From a virus, in IMG/VR virus record IMGVR_UViG_3300008952_003529: a stretch of DNA of 64,000 nt. One strand, given 5' to 3'. The notes below the pieces were generated by a model. That model was not told the origin of the DNA and did not search any database. It saw only the letters and a program-made list of their open reading frames with translations. The position numbers and the translations under genes are program-made. Below are positions 48,489 to 56,592 of the stretch, one piece after another; position 1 is the stretch's first letter; each line of letters begins with the position of its first letter.

Positions 48489-48668
48489 ATGATTCCAAAG
48501 AGTTGGAAGGGTCGAATATTTGTTGTTTTGACATTTTTAAATTTTGGTGTCGCTTCATTTTTTGCTGCGTTAGGAGAAGTTCAGCAGGTTGTGTTTAGCG
48601 GGGTCACTGCCACTATTTGTTTCGGCGTATGGTGGTCTGAATTTGCAAAAGAAAATGAGGATGAGTAG
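48489..48668 (+). CDS. Small two-TM membrane protein
   Basis: AGGAGAG RBS before ATG 48489; two hydrophobic segments. Confidence 0.6.
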   Translation: MIPKSWKGRIFVVLTFLNFGVASFFAALGEVQQVVFSGVTATICFGVWWSEFAKENEDE

Positions 48669-49324
48669 TGTACAAAAAGATTGTTACGTGGCCAAACAGG
48701 TCTTTATTCAAAGAGTGTGTACCCGTTAAGCTCACTGATTCTTATTTTGCCAAGTTAGACGATCTTGTTGATACATTCCGCGTCACCCAGGGCTATGGTT
48801 TGGCGGCGCCACAAATTGGCTATCACTTAAGAGCCTTTGTCATTAATCCTCAAATGCTTGGCATCGAGGGTTTTGATGGCGAATATATGGAAATTATCAA
48901 TCCTACGATCGAGTGTTCAGGAGAAGAATTCGTTGCAAATGAGGCATGCTTCTCGGTACCAGAAGTGGGTGCTCGGGTGAAACGTTATGAAAATTGCGAA
49001 GTGAAATTTTCTGATAGAAACGGTAGCCAGCATACTCTTAGGACTGTTGGGTTCCCATCGGCATGTTTGCAGCACGAATACGATCATCTAGAGGGTGTTT
49101 TGTTTTTGGGGAGGGTTTCAAGCTTAAAGCGATCGATGTTGACTCGAAAGATAAGCAAAATTAGGAAAAGAAAAGCTCAAGCAGCAAAACTTGCTAGAGA
49201 GCAATTTCAAGAAGACAGTATGCTTTATCAAGATGAGTCACCCTCGAGGAAGAAAGCACCCTCTACGAAAAAGAGAAAAAAGCGTGTTAAGAGAAAAAAA
49301 CAGCAAAAACGGAAAAGAAAGTAA
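48668..49324 (+). CDS. def: Peptide deformylase with long basic tail
   Basis: GYGLAAPQIG, EACFSVP, QHEYDHLEG: all three PDF motifs. Confidence 0.92.
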   Translation: MYKKIVTWPNRSLFKECVPVKLTDSYFAKLDDLVDTFRVTQGYGLAAPQIGYHLRAFVINPQMLGIEGFDGEYMEIINPTIECSGEEFVANEACFSVPEVGARVKRYENCEVKFSDRNGSQHTLRTVGFPSACLQHEYDHLEGVLFLGRVSSLKRSMLTRKISKIRKRKAQAAKLAREQFQEDSMLYQDESPSRKKAPSTKKRKKRVKRKKQQKRKRK

Positions 49325-49381
49325 ATAAAAACTGTTAACTTCGTTATTTAGAATTGAACAACAAGCTTTAAGGCGTCAGAG

Positions 49382-49972
49382 GTGGGTTACACAGCTATTG
49401 TTTGTCAAATTCTCGTTGCATGGATTTACGGACATTTTTTAGAATATTGCGCTCATAGATTTTACCTGCATGGCCGGTATCGTGCAGCTAAATCAGCTTT
49501 TGCTTCCCACTTCAAAGACCATCATTCTTCATCTCGAAAAAATAGGATGGGCGATCCCAAGTATGCCTCATGGCACCTCGATCCACGAAACGATTTTGAG
49601 CAACGGGCATTATTTTCTCTTGTAATCGCGCATTTACCAGTGTTGTTTTTCTTTCCCTTCGCTTATTTGACACTACTATATTCTGCGGTTTCATATTATG
49701 TCATTCATAATTTACAGCACCGATATCCCCTGTGGGGGCGCAAGTATTTTCCATGGCATTTCGCTCACCACTTAGCGTCTGATCAACACAAAAACTGGGG
49801 TGTACGTTTGCCGATCTTCGATTATGTTTTTAATACACGTAGAAAGTATGTCGGCTCAGAGAAAGAAGCAGAAGATATTTTTAAGTACGTTTTTAAACAA
49901 CGAGAAAAACATGCAGCTCGATCATGTAGCAATACAGGTAAAGGACATCAATCGAGCGATCGAGTGGTATAA
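49382..49972 (+). CDS. Fatty acid hydroxylase / sterol desaturase family membrane protein
   Basis: His boxes EYCAHRFYLH, HFKDHH, HNLQH, HFAHH; NWGV...FDYVF.T; hydrophobic segments. Confidence 0.75.
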   Translation: MGYTAIVCQILVAWIYGHFLEYCAHRFYLHGRYRAAKSAFASHFKDHHSSSRKNRMGDPKYASWHLDPRNDFEQRALFSLVIAHLPVLFFFPFAYLTLLYSAVSYYVIHNLQHRYPLWGRKYFPWHFAHHLASDQHKNWGVRLPIFDYVFNTRRKYVGSEKEAEDIFKYVFKQREKHAARSCSNTGKGHQSSDRVV

Positions 49973-50222
49973 AGAAAATTTAGGTGCAAGAGTACATTAC
50001 GTAGATGATACTTGGGCGATGTTATTAATTGGTGATGCCGCTAATTGCTGCTGGGTTGCTCTCGTTACACCAAGCCAGCACCCACCTCATATTGCATTTC
50101 GTGTTTCTTCAAAAAAAGAGCTAGATGGGGAGAAAGTAAAAGTACATCGCGATGGAAGCTCTTATATTTACAAAGCTGATTCGGAAGGAAACATCATTGA
50201 GTTAATTTGTTGGGAGGACTAA
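49911..50222 (+). CDS. VOC (glyoxalase/bleomycin resistance) family protein
   Basis: LDHVAIQVKDINRAIEWY, HIAFRV, YKADSEGNIIELI. Start moved to ATG 49911. Confidence 0.85.
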   Translation: MQLDHVAIQVKDINRAIEWYKENLGARVHYVDDTWAMLLIGDAANCCWVALVTPSQHPPHIAFRVSSKKELDGEKVKVHRDGSSYIYKADSEGNIIELICWED

Positions 50223-50226
50223 AACA

Positions 50227-50466
50227 ATGTCAAGTGAAATTAAGCTACGAAAAGGTCAACGAGTCATGAAGTCACGACGGGGTGAACGAGGGTTTTATTA
50301 TCCTACATCCATTGATAAAGTGACGATTATGGAAGACTGTGTTGGATTAAGAATGACTGGGTATGTTGGAAGTGACAATAGAACGGCTTACTCTATTCCC
50401 ACCTCTGCTGTGGGAGCTGAAGACCAGTATGATCCAGAGATTCCCTATATGGTCATCTGGGAATGA
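50227..50466 (+). CDS. Hypothetical protein
   Basis: GGAGG RBS. Confidence 0.65.
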   Translation: MSSEIKLRKGQRVMKSRRGERGFYYPTSIDKVTIMEDCVGLRMTGYVGSDNRTAYSIPTSAVGAEDQYDPEIPYMVIWE

Positions 50467-50476
50467 AAAGCTTAGT

Positions 50477-50512
50477 CTTCTCTCATATAATAATTGAGTA
50501 TATGAGGAGAAG
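50477..50512 (+). promoter_or_regulatory. Inverted repeat covering the RBS of the next gene
   Basis: CTTCTCTCATATA ... TATATGAGGAGAAG pair with one bulge; the 3' arm contains GAGGAG. Confidence 0.45.
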
Positions 50513-50514
50513 TT

Positions 50515-50856
50515 GTGGCGAAAAAGAAGACCCGAAGAACACGTACTAGAAAAGGTATATCAAAAGACTGGGGACGTAAGGCAGATGTGAAGGTAGAATA
50601 CACACCTTGTCTTATTGCAATTCCATCTGGAACATGTCCGGTCAAGTTAACAGGTTGTGATTTGCAATCTGTAAGAGATTGGGTTGTTGCGTTGACTAAC
50701 AAAAAGCCAACCGCATATACTTACAAACCAACTGTATACCGGTATTGGGTAAGAAATTTTTATGATTTCTGGACCGACGAGCACAAAACCGTACAAGAAA
50801 ATATCGAAAAAATTGTAAAGTGTGATATTAAGACTGTCACAGATTTGGAGGACTGA
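50515..50856 (+). CDS. Hypothetical protein with basic N-terminus
   Basis: GAGGAG RBS, GTG start. Confidence 0.65.
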   Translation: MAKKKTRRTRTRKGISKDWGRKADVKVEYTPCLIAIPSGTCPVKLTGCDLQSVRDWVVALTNKKPTAYTYKPTVYRYWVRNFYDFWTDEHKTVQENIEKIVKCDIKTVTDLED

Positions 50857-50864
50857 CATGCCAA

Positions 50865-51221
50865 GTGTACTATCGAGCTAAGGAGCTAGCTATGTCTAAT
50901 GGTCGACAATACCATCTAGCTGCTATTCTACGTCGCAACGGGAAAGTTGTGCGTATTGGTGAAAATACATATAAAACGCACCCTCGCTTTAAGCGCCAGT
51001 ACTCTGATGGTACCTGGGGCTCTCATATGCATGCTGAAATGAATGTTCTCCGGTTCGCAGAGCCGGGTGATGAGGTAGAAGTAATGAGGTTTAAAAAGTG
51101 TGACCACACATTTTCGATGGCGAAGCCATGCTTCTTTTGCGTAGGTGAAATGCAAAAAGCGGGTATCAAAAAAGTAAGATACACCAATTGGGATGGAACC
51201 TGGGAGGAACTTCAGCTATGA
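50865..51221 (+). CDS. Cytidine/dCMP deaminase-fold protein
   Basis: HLAAIL, HMHAEMNVL, AKPCFFC zinc motifs; start codon uncertain. Confidence 0.75.
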   Translation: MYYRAKELAMSNGRQYHLAAILRRNGKVVRIGENTYKTHPRFKRQYSDGTWGSHMHAEMNVLRFAEPGDEVEVMRFKKCDHTFSMAKPCFFCVGEMQKAGIKKVRYTNWDGTWEELQL

Positions 51222-51487
51222 TAAGAAAGGGTTCTTTGGCTCGACGAAAGGGAAGTAAGTATTGCTTTCACTTACGAAGAGATATTCTTTCTCACGATTA
51301 CCCACCCGAGGGAGAAGTGTGTATTGTGGTGACTGTCCCAAAAGAAAAAGATCTCACCTATCAGCAACGAAGAGTGAGGGCGGTTGAAGTTTTAGCATTA
51401 AAGACATCGATTGATGTTATTCATAATGGAAAATTATTTGGTCCTTGCGACATGTTTCTATTTGACGAGGTGAAAAATGAAGGGTAA
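51218..51487 (+). CDS. Hypothetical protein
   Basis: GGAGG RBS and ATGA overlap at 51218. Confidence 0.6.
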   Translation: MIRKGSLARRKGSKYCFHLRRDILSHDYPPEGEVCIVVTVPKEKDLTYQQRRVRAVEVLALKTSIDVIHNGKLFGPCDMFLFDEVKNEG

Positions 51488-51845
51488 GCTATTAAGAGTT
51501 CTAGATGTATTTCACCAAATGCCCTTACCTACATTCTATCCCCCTCCAGGAGCTCGCGTTTTATGCGTGGAGGAGCATCCCGGTCTCAAAACGGGTGACC
51601 CATGGTTCGAAGTCCTATATAGAGATAGGATATATGCGGTGGATATGTACATGGTAAAAGAATGCGAGGTAGAAAAACTTGAGCTCGGCGACATAATAGT
51701 CCTTAATAGCGGAGGACAAGCTGTTATAACCAACGTACACTCTTCTGAGGAGCTTGGGATGTTTTTTACTGTTCTAACCCATAATCAAACTATGGAAATA
51801 TCAGCTTTAGACATTAAGGAAATTGTCTCTCCTTTGGGTGAGTAG
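51477..51845 (+). CDS. Hypothetical protein (tandem SH3-like folds possible)
   Basis: GAGGTG RBS; overlaps the upstream gene. Confidence 0.6.
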   Translation: MKGKLLRVLDVFHQMPLPTFYPPPGARVLCVEEHPGLKTGDPWFEVLYRDRIYAVDMYMVKECEVEKLELGDIIVLNSGGQAVITNVHSSEELGMFFTVLTHNQTMEISALDIKEIVSPLGE

Positions 51846-51846
51846 G

Positions 51847-52188
51847 ATGAAGCTCCTTTCAGCTGCGGCTCTTTTTACGCTGCTCCATACGTTGGTTTGG
51901 TTTGCTGCTAATACTCAATTCATTTCACCCGAATGGAAAACAAGGTCTCTACATATTGCTCTAGCTGTGGCTATTCCAGCTACGCTTTGTTCATACTATG
52001 GCGCTCGATTTGCCTATGATGCTTTGAACAATAGCGTTTGGGCGTCCAGGTTTTTGGCATTTGGAATTTCTTATCTCGTCTTTCCTACCTTGACATATTT
52101 GCTTTTGGGAGAATCAATGTTTACGATAAAAACAATGACTTGTGTTTTCCTTTCTTTCCTAATAATCTTTATTCAAATTTACTGCTAG
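51847..52188 (+). CDS. Four-TM membrane protein (SMR/DMT-like)
   Basis: Four hydrophobic helices; LLLGES motif; start at ATG 51847. Confidence 0.6.
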   Translation: MKLLSAAALFTLLHTLVWFAANTQFISPEWKTRSLHIALAVAIPATLCSYYGARFAYDALNNSVWASRFLAFGISYLVFPTLTYLLLGESMFTIKTMTCVFLSFLIIFIQIYC

Positions 52189-52236
52189 CGTCAAGTTTGC
52201 ACATTACCGCGATACTTAGTAATTCCGGATTGTGTA

Positions 52237-52836
52237 ATGCCTCAAAGAAGATTTTCTAAAGAAGACTTTGAAGACGTCTATGCCACCGCGCGAATGGCTC
52301 ACATGGGCCAGAAACGACGGTCAGGCCAAGATTATCTTTCACATCCGAGTGCTGTGCGAAACTTAGCAAGAAGATATTATCCAAGTGATAAAGAGGCACA
52401 GCTTGTTGCACTGCTCCACGATACACTAGAAGACGGTCCCCGAGTTGGTAATGTGTCTTCAAAAGAGGAAATGCGCGCTTGGATTATGGCATCAGTGGCT
52501 GATCAGTCCGCAGCTAAAGAAATTTTAGACTCTGTGGAGATGTTGACTCATGAGAAAGGAATTCGTTATGACGTATATCTTTCTTCGCTACTGGGGAACC
52601 CACTTGCCATCCGAGTAAAGCTTTTGGACATGTTGCATAATCTAACCACCAGCCCAACCGAACGTCAGGCCAATAAATATAAAAGCGCGCTGAGGACGCT
52701 AGAGGATGTGGCTAGCGGGTCACCTCCAAGTATCAGTCGAAAACACTGGAGTGATTTAAAACTGGCATTAGAAGCGGTGACTGAAAGTAATACAGCTGAT
52801 GTCCGCATGCTAATTAGGGAGCTAATGTTTGAGTAG
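52237..52836 (+). CDS. HD-domain hydrolase, SpoT/MESH1 alarmone hydrolase-like
   Basis: AHMGQKRRSGQDYLSHP, ALLHDTLED, LTHEK, VKLLDMLHN. Confidence 0.82.
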   Translation: MPQRRFSKEDFEDVYATARMAHMGQKRRSGQDYLSHPSAVRNLARRYYPSDKEAQLVALLHDTLEDGPRVGNVSSKEEMRAWIMASVADQSAAKEILDSVEMLTHEKGIRYDVYLSSLLGNPLAIRVKLLDMLHNLTTSPTERQANKYKSALRTLEDVASGSPPSISRKHWSDLKLALEAVTESNTADVRMLIRELMFE

Positions 52837-52842
52837 GAGATA

Positions 52843-53073
52843 ATGGCTAGAAACGCGTGGGATACGATTATGGCATCGTATATAAAGCCCGGAGACATGA
52901 TTCGTCATAAGTCCTCCGGGGAACATGGGATCGTTATTAGAAGATTTCCGGCTCTGTCCAGTACCTTCGTCGAAGTGAAATTTACTTCTCGCATGATAGC
53001 AGTCGATTATAAAGAGGTTGAAAAAGTATTTGAAGTTAAAGACTTTTACCCGTGCAAATTACCTCAAAAATAA
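52843..53073 (+). CDS. Hypothetical protein (KOW/SH3-like)
   Basis: AGGAG RBS; IKPGDMIRHK..GEHGIV. Confidence 0.6.
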   Translation: MARNAWDTIMASYIKPGDMIRHKSSGEHGIVIRRFPALSSTFVEVKFTSRMIAVDYKEVEKVFEVKDFYPCKLPQK

Positions 53074-53105
53074 GATATAATAATAATGTAGGTAGGAGTT
53101 TATCT

Positions 53106-53309
53106 ATGCCATTTTGGAAATTTACTAAGGGGCCTTATAAGGACAAAGTTGCACTGGTTGTTGATAATGAAAAGCTAAAAGCAGCAACAACATGGGAAAA
53201 AGAATTAATCACGCTGTATGTGGATGGAACGACGGTTGCATTCATACGCGAAGCTTTAGAACAAATAGCTGATTACGTAGACGAAAAGAGCAATCTACTG
53301 TCCCAGTAA
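53106..53309 (+). CDS. Hypothetical protein
   Basis: AGGAG RBS before ATG 53106; GTGCAA-18 bp-TATAAT upstream. Confidence 0.55.
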   Translation: MPFWKFTKGPYKDKVALVVDNEKLKAATTWEKELITLYVDGTTVAFIREALEQIADYVDEKSNLLSQ

Positions 53310-54158
53310 AGTACGTCTTTCCTTGTTGGTTCCACCACCCCGTGTGGAAAGCTGATCTTCAATCCATTGTCGACCTATCGGGTTCTGGATTGGACGCGCG
53401 ATAAAGGCATCCACTGCCGCTTCTACATCTTCGGGTAGCGGACCATACACTGTATTATCAACGATCGTGATGGCTGCCTGGCTAAACAGGCTTTGAAATG
53501 CTCCAAGGTTGGCTTGCACGTCAGTCCAGATTTCTTCCACTTTCGGTGGGGGAAGCTTTCTTTTACGCTTCATGTTTCTTTCTTGGGCAACTTCAAGGGT
53601 GGTGTTCACAAACACCATATATGTGTCATACCCAAGTTCTTCCATCGCAGCTTTCTTGGTGGTAATTTTCTCTAAATCATCACCGGTACCATCAATAATG
53701 ATACCAAGCCGTGAGTTGGGTCCAGTCCAAGCTCTTTGCAATGACGTCTTATATCTTTTTGCTTTTCCTCGGGGGGAGTCGGGTGGAATACCTCTCTCAT
53801 CATCCAGACCAAGTTCATAAGCAAGTTCTGGATCATCTTCTGCTATTGTAGCAAGATCACCTGGATCGACTCCCACATCATTAAGATACTTTTCAAACGC
53901 CGGGTCTGAGTTTAAGATTTTAAGACCAGTGTTGGTTGCTGTAGTAAGTTCGCTAGCTTGGACTCCACCAAATAATGCTTTGGCTGTGAAGCTCTTTCCG
54001 CTTCCTGGTCCACCTGCCATGAATACGGCTTTAAGAATTCCAGGGTCGTAAATACCCTCGGTGAGTATGCCATTAATCGCTTCACGAAAAATTCTTTGTT
54101 CGTTTCGAAAAAGCTCTTCTCTAATAATCCGAAGTAATTGCTTTTTAGACACTCTCAT
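53295..54158 (-). CDS. Leader-bearing P-loop kinase (AAA_33 / zeta-toxin-like fold)
   Basis: MRVSKKQLLRIIREE; AVFMAGGPGSGKS, ILNSDP, IIIDGTG, FVNTTLEVAQERN. Confidence 0.78.
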   Translation of the reverse strand: MRVSKKQLLRIIREELFRNEQRIFREAINGILTEGIYDPGILKAVFMAGGPGSGKSFTAKALFGGVQASELTTATNTGLKILNSDPAFEKYLNDVGVDPGDLATIAEDDPELAYELGLDDERGIPPDSPRGKAKRYKTSLQRAWTGPNSRLGIIIDGTGDDLEKITTKKAAMEELGYDTYMVFVNTTLEVAQERNMKRKRKLPPPKVEEIWTDVQANLGAFQSLFSQAAITIVDNTVYGPLPEDVEAAVDAFIARPIQNPIGRQWIEDQLSTRGGGTNKERRTLLGQ

Positions 54159-54159
54159 T

Positions 54160-54564
54160 TTAGAGCTCGTTTATTGCAATATCAATAACACCTGTTTCTG
54201 ATCCTAAGCCAGCAGATTCTGAAACGAGTTGAGTTTGAGCATCCAGCATTTCTTGTAAGGCTTCTGCTTGTGCGACTACTGCTTCCATAATTTGAGCTTG
54301 TGCAGCAATTGGACCTGTGCAGTCCGGACAAAGATGAGCGGCATTTTGGACCGATTCAACTACCTGTTCAAGCGCTCGACTTGCAACTTCCATTTCAACA
54401 ACAAGATCACCATCGGCCCCTTCCGTCTCTGCCATAAGAGCCGGCTCGGGAGAGGGTTCGATGACATCGATGACATCGACGGGGGCAGCGTCGCCACAAC
54501 CTTCACGCATCTTATATTTTTCTTCTCTAATAATTCTGCGCAATTGGCGCTTAGAAATCTTCAT
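54160..54564 (-). CDS. Leader-bearing hypothetical protein
   Basis: MKISKRQLRRIIREE; GGGAGA RBS on the minus strand. Confidence 0.75.
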   Translation of the reverse strand: MKISKRQLRRIIREEKYKMREGCGDAAPVDVIDVIEPSPEPALMAETEGADGDLVVEMEVASRALEQVVESVQNAAHLCPDCTGPIAAQAQIMEAVVAQAEALQEMLDAQTQLVSESAGLGSETGVIDIAINEL

Positions 54565-54639
54565 GTGGTATATCTCCCTGTATCATGATGGGTGAACATC
54601 CATTAAATATGCACAAAGAGTTGATATTTGCCCTGCTTT

Positions 54640-55869
54640 TTACAGCCCACCAAGAAGTGTGATTGCTATAAGCCCAGGGATACCTTCTTTGATATAAATT
54701 CCTGAGAAAACTGTTTTTGCTCTTCCGCCTACATACGAGAAAGCAGACTCAAGTCGTCGACCTACATCTGGGTCAGATGCCATAGCGTTGTCGACGATTA
54801 GCAAAAGAGCACCAGTCTCTGTGCCTCCGCTTGGAGTGGGACATGGTGAGGATCTTAAACATCCTTGATATACCAACGATCCCAGGTCATTTCTGTTAAC
54901 GTCTCTTACAACTGTACTTCCGATGACCATTCTACCAGGTGTGCTCAAACATCTTTCCAGATCTTTCGTGTCAAATGTTTGCACCTCGGTATGCTCTGAT
55001 GCCAACTTAAAGACTTGTGAAACAAGCTTTGCAAAGTTTTTATTCGCAACAGGCATCATATTAAGTAGCCCAGCTTTTCCACGAAGCAATTGAAGTTGAC
55101 GTTCATTATCAATGATAATGTACGGGCTATTACCCACATCGCTTAAAAGCGATGCATAATTTGTTTTGATTGTCGGATTAAGTAATTCTTGAGCCGTTGG
55201 TTTGGTGATGATATAAACAACTTTTCCTGAAGCCTCGATGGACTGGAGATATCTGTTAAGAGACGCATCGAGTTCGTGGCAAGCACTTCCAGTGCCTCCG
55301 CCCCCACCTGCTACAACAAACAACCAGTCTACATGACCGATTCTGGTTCGTACTGCATCTTCAACGAATGCGCTGTTTTCTGCAATGACTTTTTTTCCGA
55401 GAGCAATATCTTTCCCGACACCATCTGCGCCTGGTACTAAGACGAAGTGCTGTGGGTCAACACCCCCTGGCTGGTCTTTTTCTGTGGTGTTAACCAAAAT
55501 CGTTTTTGTAAAGCCTACGTCAAGAAACGCTTTTACAATTTTTCCACCACCACCACCAACGCCAATAAAGCCGCAATTGATTGCGGATGGTGCTGAATTA
55601 TCTGGTAGGAGTCTTTCATCCCCAGCAGCAGGATCATCGTCATAGGCCATCACGAAGTCAAAATCGTCTCCAACATCTGGCGTGTTAATATAAGTGTCGT
55701 CTTGTTTTTCGCCACCTGTCATTATTTGCTCCTCGTCTATTTTTGGATCTGGCATAATCTCTTTTAACCTCTTTGCAATTATAGCGTCTTCTGAATCAGA
55801 TATTTCTTTTTCTTTTTCTTTCAGCGCGGGCTGGCTCAGACCAACCCTGTTCCACGTTGTCGAAGCCAT
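54640..55869 (-). CDS. FtsZ/tubulin-family GTPase with acidic N-terminal extension
   Basis: GFIGVGGGGGKI, VNTT, GVGKD, AGGGGGTGS signature, E/NPT, IIDN and T7-loop-like FDTKDL. Confidence 0.85.
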   Translation of the reverse strand: MASTTWNRVGLSQPALKEKEKEISDSEDAIIAKRLKEIMPDPKIDEEQIMTGGEKQDDTYINTPDVGDDFDFVMAYDDDPAAGDERLLPDNSAPSAINCGFIGVGGGGGKIVKAFLDVGFTKTILVNTTEKDQPGGVDPQHFVLVPGADGVGKDIALGKKVIAENSAFVEDAVRTRIGHVDWLFVVAGGGGGTGSACHELDASLNRYLQSIEASGKVVYIITKPTAQELLNPTIKTNYASLLSDVGNSPYIIIDNERQLQLLRGKAGLLNMMPVANKNFAKLVSQVFKLASEHTEVQTFDTKDLERCLSTPGRMVIGSTVVRDVNRNDLGSLVYQGCLRSSPCPTPSGGTETGALLLIVDNAMASDPDVGRRLESAFSYVGGRAKTVFSGIYIKEGIPGLIAITLLGGL

Positions 55870-55945
55870 ACCTCGTTCCTAAGATTATATTCGTTCTCAT
55901 AATGTTATAAATATGTTGCTACCCTTTAACTATAACAAAGAATGG

Positions 55946-56021
55946 TGGTGGAGACGACTGGGATCGAACCAGCGACCTCCTGCGTGCAAAGCAGGCGCTC
56001 TCCCGACTGAGCTACGTCCCC
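55946..56021 (-). tRNA. tRNA-Ala (anticodon TGC)
   Basis: 76 nt GGGGACGTAGCTCAG...CCTGC-TTTGCAC-GCAGG...GGTTCGATCC...CGTCTCCACCA; G3:U70 pair; CCA encoded. Confidence 0.97.
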
Positions 56022-56024
56022 CTT

Positions 56025-56180
56025 TTAGCGGGCTCTTAAAAAGTTTCTGAAACAAAACGCTGCAAAAACAGAGCACACCCCGAATATAATCCAGCTTCCA
56101 GCCACAAATGACTGGAAAGCAAAAAGAGTGTTGACACCTGCACATACGAGGCTTACCCATTTATTAGCTAAAAAATCCAT
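56025..56180 (-). CDS. Small two-TM membrane protein (51 aa, absent from the ORF track)
   Basis: AAGGAGAG RBS, then MDFLANKWVSLVCAGVNTLFAFQSFVAGSWIIFGVCSVFAAFCFRNFLRAR*; fits exactly between tmRNA and tRNA. Confidence 0.7.
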   Translation of the reverse strand: MDFLANKWVSLVCAGVNTLFAFQSFVAGSWIIFGVCSVFAAFCFRNFLRAR

Positions 56181-56197
56181 CTATCTCTCCTTAAAAG

Positions 56198-56540
56198 TGG
56201 TGGAGGCGGCGGGAGTCGAACCCGCGTCCAAAGCATCTCAAAATTCAAGTCATTCACAGGTTTAGTTAGTTTCTTTAAACCAACAAAGCATCCACTGTGT
56301 GTTATCCTCCATAGTCCGTGGCCGAAGGAGTGTTGATCTTATTTATTTCGGTGGGATCAACCACTTAGCCCAAATTGGATAGATGGTCTTGGGCGACCAC
56401 CCGATTAAGCTGCTAGAGCTTGTTCGTAGTAATAATTGTTATTGGCAATTAAATTTTTGAAACCGCACTTAAGGTCTGCTATTTCGTGAGACCACCTGCA
56501 CTATCCTCTCTTAATACCCTGTCGAAACCGTTTCGCCCCC
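56198..56540 (-). ncRNA. ssrA: Transfer-messenger RNA (tmRNA); tag (A)ANNNYYYEQALAA
   Basis: 5' GGGGGCGAAACGGTTTCGAC; 3' GCGGGTTCGACTCCCGCCGCCTCCACCA; internal tag ORF 56446-56405 ending ALAA-stop. Confidence 0.95.
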
Positions 56541-56592
56541 TCATGAAAAATATAAGTATTCCCTTTATTATATTTAAGAATGAAGGTATTTC

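Noticed and set aside
55943-55948. CCACCA at the tRNA-Ala 3' end as a degradation mark
   Set aside because: That mark is added post-transcriptionally. A single extra genomic CCA is easily chance and would be trimmed.
55930-56160. Minus-strand 76-aa ORF from the track
   Set aside because: It runs through tRNA-Ala. The RBS-supported 51-aa ORF at 56180-56025 in another frame fits the gap better.
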